From a virus, in the IMG/VR virus record IMGVR_UViG_2639762614_000001, positions 1-42,697 of that record: DNA of 42,697 bases; one strand, written 5' to 3'. Positions 15,523 to 24,695 of the stretch are shown one piece after another. Under the pieces are notes generated by a model that worked only from the letters and a program-made list of their open reading frames with translations, searched no databases and was not told the DNA's origin. Each line of letters opens with the position of its first letter. Position 1 is the first letter of the stretch. Position numbers and translations under genes: made by a program.

Positions 15523-16557
15523 TTACCGGCCCGACAGCGTTAGTTTCCGATTCGAGAGGAGGACGTCGACCTTGTCACCGCCATCATCGATCGTCCGATC
15601 GGCCTCGATCACCCGAACCTCGGTATCGGTCCCGTAGGCAGGGAGTTCGAGCGGATACCGATCGCCGACCTCAGGTATCTCGCCGAGGAGCACCGGATCG
15701 AGTGTCGTCTCAACCTCGAGATACTCCGGCTCTTCAGCGTACTCGTTCGCGAGGCGAGTTGCTCGCGCCTGGAGTCGTGAGGAACTCGTCGAGCGGATCC
15801 GATCGACATGCCAGACTTCCCGTTCCCCGACGGCTGTCTCGATCGCGACTGCTTCCTCGTAGATCGATTCGTCACCCTGGGAGACTGCACGGACGTTCGT
15901 CACCTCCTCGCGGAGTGTCTCACGGATCCGTGGGCTCGAAACGACGGCGCCAGCTGACGGAGAGACCACAGTGTTGCGATTGATACCACGCCGCTCAAGG
16001 TAATCGACAGTCCCATCTGGATGGTACCGAACCTCGGCACCGGTCGACTCTCCGAGCCGGCGGAGCATCTCCGATGGAGAGACGTGCGTTTGGTCGAAAT
16101 CAATCGAGCCGATCGTCTGATCGATAATCCCTGCCGTCAGCGGCGCCGGCATCTCGTCGATGATCGCCGCCGCGATCACGTCATCGGACTCGCCGGTCCG
16201 TTCGAACGCTGGGAGTGGCGTGGCGTCGAGACCGTCCCGCTCGAAGGAGTCGATCTGAACCGACACCATCGACCCTGAAAACTGCCAGTCGTCGAGGCGG
16301 CCCCCGAAGACATCCGTCCCGGTGTCGTCCTCGACGTAGAGCTCGTCGTTTCGCCGGTCCAGTATGTCGACGACGTCGAGCCACGAATTACGAAAGACAG
16401 CGGCTTCGCAGCGAGCGACCTTGTCGAGTGCGCGCTCGATAGTGATCGTCGCGAGCGTGACGTCGCCCTCGTCGATCGCGACCGGCGTCGGGACGACCAG
16501 CCTGGAAACCTCGCCAGTGACATGCTCGATCCGGAGCGTGAGATCGGCGTCTGTCAT
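15523..16557 (-). CDS. Distal tail (Dit-like) / minor tail protein (344 aa)
   Basis: First gene after the tape measure, with a 4-nt overlap to it (16554-16557). Confidence 0.6.
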   Translation of the reverse strand: MTDADLTLRIEHVTGEVSRLVVPTPVAIDEGDVTLATITIERALDKVARCEAAVFRNSWLDVVDILDRRNDELYVEDDTGTDVFGGRLDDWQFSGSMVSVQIDSFERDGLDATPLPAFERTGESDDVIAAAIIDEMPAPLTAGIIDQTIGSIDFDQTHVSPSEMLRRLGESTGAEVRYHPDGTVDYLERRGINRNTVVSPSAGAVVSSPRIRETLREEVTNVRAVSQGDESIYEEAVAIETAVGEREVWHVDRIRSTSSSRLQARATRLANEYAEEPEYLEVETTLDPVLLGEIPEVGDRYPLELPAYGTDTEVRVIEADRTIDDGGDKVDVLLSNRKLTLSGR

Positions 16558-19202
16558 GGGTTAAGTGGATCGCGACCCGAGCGACGGTCCTCAGCGACGT
16601 CCAGCGCTCGGAGGATTTCCTTTTGAGTGACGTCTCCAGCATTGAGGTCGGACACGGCTGCGGTGAGTCGGTCGAGCTTTGAGAGGACCTCGTCAGTCCG
16701 ATCAGCGCTCTCGAGGGCTTGCTCCAGGTCACTGCCGTCATCAGTGTCAGTACTGCGCTCCCTGCGGTCACGGTCAACTTCGGCTTTCGGCACAACCTCC
16801 TCGCCGGCGTGGAGCATGGCCATCCCTGCACCTTCGATCATCCCGCCAGTGTCCAGTTCCGGGACGTCCAGCTGTGGCAGATCGACCGACTCGTCCATCC
16901 CAAGACTCCCGCCTCCGATCGTCTTCGATGGAATCTCTCGGTCAGTTCCGGGTACCGTTCCGCCCCCTATCGTCCTCGAGGGGATGTCGATCTCGAACTC
17001 GAACTCAATTTGCTCGGGCAGTTTGTCGTTGACCCACTGGATCGCGTTGGCGACTGTCTGCTTCATGTCGCCGACGAGCGTGCCCTCGCCAGTGCCAGTC
17101 AAGTAACTGAAGGCGTTTTTCGCGGCCTCGACGAGCGCGCCGTACGCCTTAGTGAAGAGTTTCGATCCACTCTTTGCGATCCAGTCGGCGAGCGTCCCCA
17201 AAACGGTGGCAACGTCGCGGAGTAACGTTCCTTCACCAGTGCCGATCAGGTAGTTGAGTGCTACCTTTGTGGCCTCGATGATCATCGACAGCGCGGCCTT
17301 CATCGCTGGGAGCGCATCGTCTTCCAAGAACGAGGAGATCCGGTCCCAAGTCCGCTCGAGGTAGCCCGAGATGAGATCCCAGGCCTCGCCCCAGTCACCA
17401 CGGATCAGCGCCAACACCGTACGGATGGTCGTCAAGATAGCGTCTGTCGCCTGCGTGATTATCAACTCGATCGCACCGAACACGACTTTGATGATCGTTC
17501 TGATCTCATCGCTCCACTTGTCCCATGCTGTCTGGAGCGTGTTCAGCCACGGTTGGACAACAACCGTCCACAGAAGTGTGAGGTAGCGCTTCACATTATT
17601 GTAGACGGATTTCCACGTCCGGACTGCCTCGTTGACAAGAGCTTTTCCGTGACGATTCCAGAGCTGGAGGATGGATTGAAGCGTGGGTTGGATCAGGTTC
17701 TTCCAGATGAACGTAAGGTAGCGATTGACTGTGTTTTGGATCGTTCTGAACGATGTCCGGACTGTGCTGACGATCTCATCTCCGTGTTGGTTCCACCACG
17801 CCGAAATCCGGTCCAGGACAGTCCCGATGAGATTCTGAACGAACGTCAAGGCCCGCTTCGTGTGCCCGCGGATATCCATGAAGTTCGTCTGCCACGCGCC
17901 GGCAAGCAGCGCGATCGCGGCGATGACGACGCCGATCGGGCCGGTGAGAACCGTCAGCGCACCTCCGACAGCGCTCGCCACTGCCGACATGCCGCCGAGT
18001 GCAGATACCGCGGAGGCAGCGGCGACAGCGAAGCCACCGAGCGCAGTCGCGACGAGGCCGACCGTTCCGAGGAGGCCGTCGGTCTCCTGGTTAAGTTCGC
18101 CGAATCCGGAGATCGCTCGGTTCACGTAGCTGAGAATGTCCGACGCAACCGGGAGCACGTTTTCGCCGATCTGGATGGCGACGTTCCGGAGCCGATTCTT
18201 CGTGATCTGCAGCTCCGAGTTGAACGTGCTCGAGGCAGCCTCGTACTCCTCTTGGAGGCTTGTCCCGTTCTCCATCTGCTCATTGGCCGTCTCCTGAGCC
18301 TGAGCAAGCCCCTCCATATTCTGCGAGAGTGCCGTGAGCGCCTGCTGAGATGTCGTCGACAGCGTCGAACGAAGGGCGTCAGCCTGATCGCCACCCTCGC
18401 CCATCGTCTCGGCCATCTCGCGGAACAAGGCCGTTGGATTCTCCTCGCGCATCGTCGCGAACTCTTCCGAGCTCATACCGAGCGCCGAGGCGAGATCTTC
18501 GACCTTCTTTGGGTCCTGGATCTCCTGGGACATCCGCCGGAGACGCGTCCCAGCACGCTCCGCAGATTCGCTGGCCTCGTTCATCGCAGCGTTGAGCGCG
18601 AGGATGTCCTCCGAACTCGCACCCATCTGGGAGAGCGTGCCCGAACTCCGGAGTGCGGAGTCGGTAATCTCGCTCGAGGACGTCGCCATCGTGTTCGACA
18701 GTTCGTTGATGACGTTTCCGAGATTGCCGACATTCTCGATCGGCTCGTCCATCAGGGTCGACAGCCTCGCGAAGGACTCGCCGGCCTGCTGGGTCGAGAG
18801 GTCCGTCGCAACACTCATCTTGGAGACCGTCTCGGTGAAGCGCTCGATGTTCTCGGTCCCCTCGATGCCGAAGCGGCCAGCCTGGGCGGTGATATCCGCG
18901 AGTTCCCTCTGAGCAACGGGCATCTGCGCCGCCATTTCCTGGATTGCATCACCCATCTTCTCGGCGGTCTCGGGGTTGGTGACCTTCTCGACCTCGACCA
19001 TCTGCTCCTCGAATGCAGCCGCTTCCTGCGTCGCCTTCGTGAGACCGCCAACAGCAAGCGCGCCGAGTGCCGCCCCGGCCAGCCCAGCCGCCTGCTTGAC
19101 GTTCCCGAGTGCGTCGGTCGCGGTGTCGGCCGCGTCTTGCAGACTCGAGGCGTCGCCACCGATCGCTACTTGAACCTCTTCGGATGCTCCTGTGATTGCC
19201 AT
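16554..19202 (-). CDS. Tail tape measure protein (882 aa)
   Basis: Size, Ala/Gly/Leu-rich helical composition, internal hydrophobic block (LLGTVGLVATALGGFAVAAASAVSALGG...IAAIALLAGAW), and position after the chaperone pair. Confidence 0.85.
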   Translation of the reverse strand: MAITGASEEVQVAIGGDASSLQDAADTATDALGNVKQAAGLAGAALGALAVGGLTKATQEAAAFEEQMVEVEKVTNPETAEKMGDAIQEMAAQMPVAQRELADITAQAGRFGIEGTENIERFTETVSKMSVATDLSTQQAGESFARLSTLMDEPIENVGNLGNVINELSNTMATSSSEITDSALRSSGTLSQMGASSEDILALNAAMNEASESAERAGTRLRRMSQEIQDPKKVEDLASALGMSSEEFATMREENPTALFREMAETMGEGGDQADALRSTLSTTSQQALTALSQNMEGLAQAQETANEQMENGTSLQEEYEAASSTFNSELQITKNRLRNVAIQIGENVLPVASDILSYVNRAISGFGELNQETDGLLGTVGLVATALGGFAVAAASAVSALGGMSAVASAVGGALTVLTGPIGVVIAAIALLAGAWQTNFMDIRGHTKRALTFVQNLIGTVLDRISAWWNQHGDEIVSTVRTSFRTIQNTVNRYLTFIWKNLIQPTLQSILQLWNRHGKALVNEAVRTWKSVYNNVKRYLTLLWTVVVQPWLNTLQTAWDKWSDEIRTIIKVVFGAIELIITQATDAILTTIRTVLALIRGDWGEAWDLISGYLERTWDRISSFLEDDALPAMKAALSMIIEATKVALNYLIGTGEGTLLRDVATVLGTLADWIAKSGSKLFTKAYGALVEAAKNAFSYLTGTGEGTLVGDMKQTVANAIQWVNDKLPEQIEFEFEIDIPSRTIGGGTVPGTDREIPSKTIGGGSLGMDESVDLPQLDVPELDTGGMIEGAGMAMLHAGEEVVPKAEVDRDRRERSTDTDDGSDLEQALESADRTDEVLSKLDRLTAAVSDLNAGDVTQKEILRALDVAEDRRSGRDPLNP

Positions 19203-19224
19203 AGAATGTGGGTGTGGGCGGCGA

Positions 19225-19964
19225 TCAGCCGCTGAAGTCGTCGTTTATTTCGTCGAGAAGTCGATTCCGCTCTGCCTGCTGGCCGGCCCTAATCTCCTGT
19301 TTTCGCGAGGAGACGTTCGGCGAATCCGAAGTCGACTGGCTGTGGTGTTTCTGCCGGCGTTGCTCGTTACGATAGTGGACACCCTCAGCGAATCGGCGGA
19401 TCTCTCCAGCATGTAACTGGGGGATCTCGAAGAAATCGTAGCCGCCCGTCTCGTGGAGTGCGACCTCGATCGCGGCCTGCTCGCTTAGGGACTGTCCCCG
19501 TCCTCGTCGTCCTCCGCGGCCTCGAGCGCCTTCTCCATTAGCTGGTCGCCCGCTCCGCCGACCGCCTCGAGGGCCGCCGCGTTCTCCTTCATCTGCTGCT
19601 TCTGAACCGCCGAGTGCGCTGTAAATCCCGACGAGTTCTTCACCGCCTGGATCAGCGCCGAGACGAGGTAGTCCGGGACGTTCTCGAGGTCGCCCGAGGA
19701 CCCCACACCCTCGGCGATGAACTCCCCGAAGAACTGCTCGACGCGCTCGTCGTCAGCCCGGTCGCTGTTGAGGACGTCGTCGTACCGCTCGGCAGCGCCA
19801 CCGACCAGAGGCTTGACCTTGACCGCGAGGTCAGTCCCTGGGATGCGCTGCTTCTGTGGGACGAGCTCACCGTTGTCGTCGCGGCGGACGCCGAAGTCCT
19901 CCGGTGTCGCAATTTCCAGATCCTCCTCCTCTCCGTCCGCGAATCGTGTTTCTCGTTCAGTCAT
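19225..19964 (-). CDS. Tail assembly chaperone G-T fusion, requiring a -1 ribosomal frameshift near the end of G
   Basis: The -1 frame is open across the G stop and continues for 86 codons of protein-like sequence (SEQAAIEVALHETGGYDFFEIPQLHAGEIRRFAEGVHYRNEQ...LLDEINDDFSG) to TGA 19225-19227. This frame has no ATG or GTG start. Confidence 0.55.
19485..19964 (-). CDS. Tail assembly chaperone (G-like), 159 aa
   Basis: Lies between the major tail protein and the tape measure. Acidic. Confidence 0.7.
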   Translation of the reverse strand: MTERETRFADGEEEDLEIATPEDFGVRRDDNGELVPQKQRIPGTDLAVKVKPLVGGAAERYDDVLNSDRADDERVEQFFGEFIAEGVGSSGDLENVPDYLVSALIQAVKNSSGFTAHSAVQKQQMKENAAALEAVGGAGDQLMEKALEAAEDDEDGDSP

Positions 19965-21205
19965 CAGTTAGCCTCCAGAACGATCGCTGGTTCGCCGCTC
20001 GCTTCGAACGTCTCGCTGATCGAAGCCACGGCCTGGTCGTCAGCTTCGCGTGTTCGCTCGCCCTCGTCGACGTTGGTCGCGTTCGGGAACCGAAGGATCC
20101 CACCCGACACCTCGTGCTCGATGTCGTTCTGGGTCTTCGCGAGCGCCTCCATCATGGAGTCGTGGCTGACCTTCGGGCCCGCTACGTCGGCCTCGACAGT
20201 GACCGTTCGAGACCCGACGTCGACCGACGGGCCCTGCGTATCGTGCAGTGATCCCGTCTCGAGGGAGTTCTCCACGCTCCAGGAACCGCTGTTGAGCCGC
20301 GGCCGGATCGACGTCCCGACAGGTCGTTCGATCCGATCGCCAGTGAAGTACTCGAAGCTGGTGCCGATCTCGGTTGCGCGAGATCCAGCGCCGAGTGCGG
20401 GGACACCACGATCGCCGTCAACGGGTTGGTCATCGTCGCTGTACTCAAGGCCGCCGGTGAGTTCGCAGACGACGGTCTCACTGGTGTCGCCCTCAATGGT
20501 GATGTTGCCCTCCGGTTCGTCCGACAGCCAGATCGCATCGATATCGTCGAAGGTCTCCACGCCGGACCCCCCCATATCGATGTCTTCGCTGAGTCCAGCA
20601 CCTTCGCTCTCGATGGTCACGGTGATGCCAGAGTCCGCATCCGACTCCGTACTCGAAACTGCCAGTTCTTCTGGTTCGGACAGTTGGTGGATCGCGTAGC
20701 TCCGGACCTTCCGCGGCTGGAGGCTATTCTCCAGCAGGATCGGGGCGTTCTCACTCGGGTCGAGGGTCGCCTCGACGGACTCGACTGCCGCGCCGCGGAC
20801 CACCGTGTAGAGTCGCATCCCGGCGTCGTCGTTGCCGCCGGGGACCTCGGTACGCTCCTGATAGAGGATCGTCCCCAGCAGCGCGCCGTAGTCGTCTCGG
20901 AGGAGGCCGTACGCATCCAGCGTCTGCGGGTTGCCGGATCCGTCGACCGGGAACTGCTGCATGTCGTAGGCCACGGTGGCCTCCGGCTCCTCAGTCCCCC
21001 GGTCGTGGCCTTTCGCGTCCGGCGTACCAATGCCGTCGCGACGCTCAAGGTTCGCGCCGGCGGTGGCCATGAACTCGCGCATGTTGTCTGACGGGTGCTG
21101 CCACTCGGGGTCGGTCGGGACCTCCATCGGCGACGGCTCGACGACATATTCATGCCGTCCTGGCAGTGTCCCAGACTCAGGGGTATCGTATTGGTTCGTA
21201 CTCAT
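19964..21205 (-). CDS. Major tail (tube) protein candidate (413 aa)
   Basis: Immediately upstream of the chaperone pair (TGATG overlap). No separate sheath-sized gene is present, so a siphovirus-type tail is inferred. Confidence 0.65.
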   Translation of the reverse strand: MSTNQYDTPESGTLPGRHEYVVEPSPMEVPTDPEWQHPSDNMREFMATAGANLERRDGIGTPDAKGHDRGTEEPEATVAYDMQQFPVDGSGNPQTLDAYGLLRDDYGALLGTILYQERTEVPGGNDDAGMRLYTVVRGAAVESVEATLDPSENAPILLENSLQPRKVRSYAIHQLSEPEELAVSSTESDADSGITVTIESEGAGLSEDIDMGGSGVETFDDIDAIWLSDEPEGNITIEGDTSETVVCELTGGLEYSDDDQPVDGDRGVPALGAGSRATEIGTSFEYFTGDRIERPVGTSIRPRLNSGSWSVENSLETGSLHDTQGPSVDVGSRTVTVEADVAGPKVSHDSMMEALAKTQNDIEHEVSGGILRFPNATNVDEGERTREADDQAVASISETFEASGEPAIVLEAN

Positions 21206-21393
21206 GTGTCAGTCTCCTTGGGTTCGATACTGTCGTAGTGCTCAACGAGCGCCTCTCCGACCTCTCGCGTGACCTGCGCCGTCCCGTTCTCCGCGAACTC
21301 GACGGGGTCGTCCATCAGCGGCTCGCCGTCTTCGTCGGTGAGGTCATCGTTATAGAGGCGTCTTGTCGCGCTGTTCTGGTTGGTTACGTACAT
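21202..21393 (-). CDS. Small acidic hypothetical protein (63 aa)
   Basis: ATGA overlap with the major tail protein gene. Confidence 0.5.
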   Translation of the reverse strand: MYVTNQNSATRRLYNDDLTDEDGEPLMDDPVEFAENGTAQVTREVGEALVEHYDSIEPKETDT

Positions 21394-21394
21394 C

Positions 21395-21925
21395 TCACGG
21401 AGTCTCTGTGTGCTTTATCCGCGCCACGACGAACCGACGGTAGTGCGTCGGCGACCGCTGGGTGTCGTTGCTCTCGACGGGCGGCTCGGCGTTGACCCAG
21501 CCGTAGCCATCCGGGACCGGCGGACCCTCGTCGGCCTCGTCGGATTCAAACAGCACACGGTGGGTCTCGCGACCGAGCGCGTTCGCAACGACGTCCGGAT
21601 GGCTACCTTCGTTCTGGTAGATGTCCGCGTCGTGCGGGCCGCCCCAGCAGTCTATCTGGACCGACGTGACAACGTCCTGGATGCCGCCCTTGCCGCCGGC
21701 GTCGATCCCCGTCATCCCGGTCTGACCGCCGCCCGGAACCGTCGGATCCTCCGAGGCGATCGCGACCTGCGGATACTCGTTCGCGCCGTCGTAGTCGGCG
21801 AAGCGGATGTCGCCCCCGGCGGTCGGATCGGTGGCGTCGCCGGCCTCGAACGTGACCGGGATCGCGGACGGATCGAAGTGCGTCCGCAGGAACGCGACGA
21901 GATCAGACTTGATGTCTCGAGGCAT
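21395..21925 (-). CDS. Tail completion / terminator-like protein (176 aa)
   Basis: Synteny: between the head-tail adaptors and the major tail protein. Confidence 0.55.
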   Translation of the reverse strand: MPRDIKSDLVAFLRTHFDPSAIPVTFEAGDATDPTAGGDIRFADYDGANEYPQVAIASEDPTVPGGGQTGMTGIDAGGKGGIQDVVTSVQIDCWGGPHDADIYQNEGSHPDVVANALGRETHRVLFESDEADEGPPVPDGYGWVNAEPPVESNDTQRSPTHYRRFVVARIKHTETP

Positions 21926-21928
21926 CGG

Positions 21929-22279
21929 TCAGTCCTCCACGACGGTCAGCACGGTCACGCCGCCGTCCTCGGGTAGCGTGTCGAGCAGTCGGTACGTCTT
22001 GCCGCTTGGGTGCTCGAGCAGCGTCGGATAGCCGTCGGCGCTGCCTGCCTCGCGGAGCGTCGTGGTGTCATCCGGGACCGCCCGGATCTCGAGGTCGGTC
22101 TCGACCTCCTGCCCGTCGGAGTTCGTGACGGTCTGGGGCATCCCGCGGGACTCGAGGACGCCGACGAGCGTGCCGTCGTCGCTATACGACGGCGTCGACC
22201 GACCGCCGCCTCCGCTGGCGTTTCGGAGTTGGTACTCGACGCCTCGCGACTGGACCATCCGCGCGACTGGACCGTGCAT
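21929..22279 (-). CDS. Head-tail joining protein (116 aa)
   Basis: Synteny within the connector cluster. Confidence 0.55.
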   Translation of the reverse strand: MHGPVARMVQSRGVEYQLRNASGGGGRSTPSYSDDGTLVGVLESRGMPQTVTNSDGQEVETDLEIRAVPDDTTTLREAGSADGYPTLLEHPSGKTYRLLDTLPEDGGVTVLTVVED

Positions 22280-22282
22280 CAG

Positions 22283-22657
22283 TTAGCTCACCTTCTCGAT
22301 TCGGATCGAGTTGATCAGCTGCCCAGTGTCGCGGATGTCCTTCCGGTCGGCGACCTCTTTCATCCGGGCCTGGACGGCCAGGGCCGCACACCGGACGATG
22401 TTTTCCTCCGAGATCAGCGGGATGTTCTGGGACTTCGAGATCCGCTCGACCTCCGACTGGAGGTTCGCCTGGACGCGCTCGGCCGCCGGCCTGACGAACG
22501 GCCGGGCCTCGATGTCAGACGTACCGAGTTCCTGGTGGATCGCGTAGTTGACCGTCGGGCCGGCGATGTACGCCGTTCCACCGTCGAAATTAACCGAGAG
22601 TTGGTCGAACATATCGGTGACCGCGTCGAGGCCGGTAATCGACACGCCCCAGCTCAT
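22283..22657 (-). CDS. HK97 gp10-like head-tail adaptor (124 aa)
   Basis: Size, position, and ...IEARPFVRPA...DTGQLINSI... reminiscent of the gp10 family. Confidence 0.55.
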   Translation of the reverse strand: MSWGVSITGLDAVTDMFDQLSVNFDGGTAYIAGPTVNYAIHQELGTSDIEARPFVRPAAERVQANLQSEVERISKSQNIPLISEENIVRCAALAVQARMKEVADRKDIRDTGQLINSIRIEKVS

Positions 22658-23055
22658 GAGTTACCCCCGGTAGAGATGTGGCGGTCAGTGTCCCGGATGA
22701 TCGCACCCGAGTACCCGAACTCGTCGCCGGGATCGAGCCGCCGGACACGGGCCCGGATGTTGTCGATCTCAGCGGTCTCGTAGGTGGTCTGTGTCCGCCC
22801 GGAGGCCACCGATTTGCCACGACGGTCGCGGCCTTCGGCGATCCGCAGCGCTGCGAGCGTCGCTTCGAAGTCCTGGCGGTGTTGGCTGTCCTCGAACGTG
22901 ACCGCGGGATCGTCGTCGTACTCGCGGTCGATGTCGCGCTCGACGCGGCCGAGGATGCCGTCGTCGTCCGGGTCGTCGCTCGCACCTTCGATATCGCTGT
23001 CGTCGAGGTGCGTGTCGATCTCGACGCGGACGTCGGATGCAGTGGCTTCGGGCAT
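22654..23055 (-). CDS. Head-tail connector (gp6-like) protein (133 aa)
   Basis: Synteny downstream of the capsid gene. 4-nt overlap with the next gene. Confidence 0.55.
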   Translation of the reverse strand: MPEATASDVRVEIDTHLDDSDIEGASDDPDDDGILGRVERDIDREYDDDPAVTFEDSQHRQDFEATLAALRIAEGRDRRGKSVASGRTQTTYETAEIDNIRARVRRLDPGDEFGYSGAIIRDTDRHISTGGNS

Positions 23056-23061
23056 AGTGGG

Positions 23062-23406
23062 TTACTCTTTCCGTTCGTCGACGGCGTCCAGCACGCCCTC
23101 GCGCGAGGCCTCCGCTTCGATCGCCTCGAGGTGCTCGTCGACGTCGCCCGACTCGATGTCGGCAACGACAGCGTCCATCGGCGTCCGATCGACGAACTCG
23201 GCGGCATCGAAGTCGCCGCCCGAGTCTTCGGGCCCGTGACCGCCGCGCCTGACGTGGCGGTGCATCGTCAGCAGCTTGTCGGCGACTGCGGGATCCTCGA
23301 CGAACGCGTAGCCGTCCTCGTCGAACTCGAGCGGCGAGTCGTCGCCGAGGATCTGCGAGTTGCGGAGTTCGGCCGCCTCGCCGTCTTCGTGTTTGAGGTA
23401 GGGCAT
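23062..23406 (-). CDS. Acidic hypothetical head-module protein (114 aa)
   Basis: Lies directly downstream of the major capsid gene. Confidence 0.55.
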   Translation of the reverse strand: MPYLKHEDGEAAELRNSQILGDDSPLEFDEDGYAFVEDPAVADKLLTMHRHVRRGGHGPEDSGGDFDAAEFVDRTPMDAVVADIESGDVDEHLEAIEAEASREGVLDAVDERKE

Positions 23407-23412
23407 GATCGG

Positions 23413-24279
23413 TTACGTCTGGATCGCGATGTTCGCCGACGGCTGGGTGGCCGCGAAGCCGACCCGCTCGTCGATCTGCCAGACGGTGCTTTCGATGGAG
23501 TCGTCGTAGTAGCTCGAGACGTCGAGCGCGCGGCGAGTCGACTCCCACCCGAAGTTCGTGGGATCGACGAGGTAGGCCTCGCCCTCGGAGTAGTTGCCGG
23601 TGTTGTCGAGGAAGACCGGGACGTCGCCGGCGACGCCGAGGAACGCCTGCTGGCCGACGAGGTTGCCCTGGGGCAGGATCCCCATCTCGATGACGGAGTC
23701 CCCGAGTTCGCTGGCCTGCGTGAACTTGTCCATGTTCAGCAGGGCGTTCATGTTCTGGCCGCCAGTGAGCAGCCGCAGCTCGCCCATGTCGAGCTCGTCC
23801 TGGAAGGCACGCTGCCGGGCCAGGGTGATGTCCTCGTACTCGAAGACGCCAGCGTTCGCGTTCCCGGCGTCGATCGGGCCGGCGCTGTTGGTGTTGTTCG
23901 ACAGGATGTTGTACGCGATCCCGTCGACGCGGGTCTCCTCGGCGCGGACCAGGTCCTCTTCCTGGTCCATCGTGATGTCGATGACGTTGTCCTCGACGTC
24001 CTCGTCCGGGATGACAATCTCGAGACCGTACTTCGTGTGGGCGACCTGGACCGTGTCATAGTCCTTGGTCGCTCGGGGGAACCCGCTCCCGGGCGGGACC
24101 TCGGCGACGTCGCCGTCGAAGTCGCCATCGGAGATCGGGAACCCGACGAAGTTCGAGTCGTTGTTGGTCGCGTCGTAGTCGCGGAATGCGGTACGACTCT
24201 GGTACTTCTTGTTGCGGATCTTCTCGACGATCGCGCGAACGTCGTCGTCGCTGATGATGTCGGATGCTTTCTGAGCCAT
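23413..24279 (-). CDS. Major capsid protein (HK97-fold type), 288 aa
   Basis: Size and position after the scaffold/decoration genes. Composition typical of caudoviral MCPs. Confidence 0.8.
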   Translation of the reverse strand: MAQKASDIISDDDVRAIVEKIRNKKYQSRTAFRDYDATNNDSNFVGFPISDGDFDGDVAEVPPGSGFPRATKDYDTVQVAHTKYGLEIVIPDEDVEDNVIDITMDQEEDLVRAEETRVDGIAYNILSNNTNSAGPIDAGNANAGVFEYEDITLARQRAFQDELDMGELRLLTGGQNMNALLNMDKFTQASELGDSVIEMGILPQGNLVGQQAFLGVAGDVPVFLDNTGNYSEGEAYLVDPTNFGWESTRRALDVSSYYDDSIESTVWQIDERVGFAATQPSANIAIQT

Positions 24280-24308
24280 GTGTGATCAGGATGAGTCGTC
24301 AGTTAGTC

Positions 24309-24695
24309 TTACAGCAGGACCCACGCGTAGCCGGCCGGGGCGTCCTGGCCGCGCCAGGAGCCGCCGGCGTCCGAGAGGGCGTGGGCAGGGCCTCCCGAAG
24401 AGGTCTCGAGCTCGCCGTCGGCACCGGTCGCCCCGAGGTCGAGATCCTCGCCCGCGGAGACCGAGCCCTCGACGGCCGCCACGGTGGGGCCGCCGACGTG
24501 GACCGGTGCGACGCCGCTGTTCTCAGTGGGTCGGCCCCGAGCCCGAATGCCGAGCAGACTCTCGGTGTCGGTGCCGGGCTCGATCTCGCCGCCAGTGATG
24601 CCGACGGCGTCGCCGGCTTCGGTCGTGTCGCTCGCATCGGAGTAGCCGATGGTGCTGGTACTGTCGCCGCCGTTCTGTCCAGGTTCGCTTGCCAT
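24309..24695 (-). CDS. Small Gly/Ala-rich head protein (128 aa), decoration/DUF2190-like position
   Basis: Lies between the scaffold and the MCP. Confidence 0.55.
   Translation of the reverse strand: MASEPGQNGGDSTSTIGYSDASDTTEAGDAVGITGGEIEPGTDTESLLGIRARGRPTENSGVAPVHVGGPTVAAVEGSVSAGEDLDLGATGADGELETSSGGPAHALSDAGGSWRGQDAPAGYAWVLL

Noticed and set aside
17553-19235. 560-aa plus-strand ORF opposite the tape measure gene. Similar long antisense ORFs lie at 22678..24285, 27026..28594, 26065..27264, 29600..30676, 19614..20699, 24264..25247, 37158..38096, 4151..5179 and 11129..12127.
   Set aside because: All overlap well-supported genes on the other strand. They are Arg/Leu/Val/Gly-rich and basic, unlike the acidic proteome, and lack any recognisable motif.
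19964-21205. Contractile-tail (myovirus) interpretation with this 413-aa protein as the sheath
   Set aside because: There is only one large gene between the connector cluster and the chaperone pair, and no separate tube gene. A siphovirus-type tail with a large tube protein is the simpler reading.
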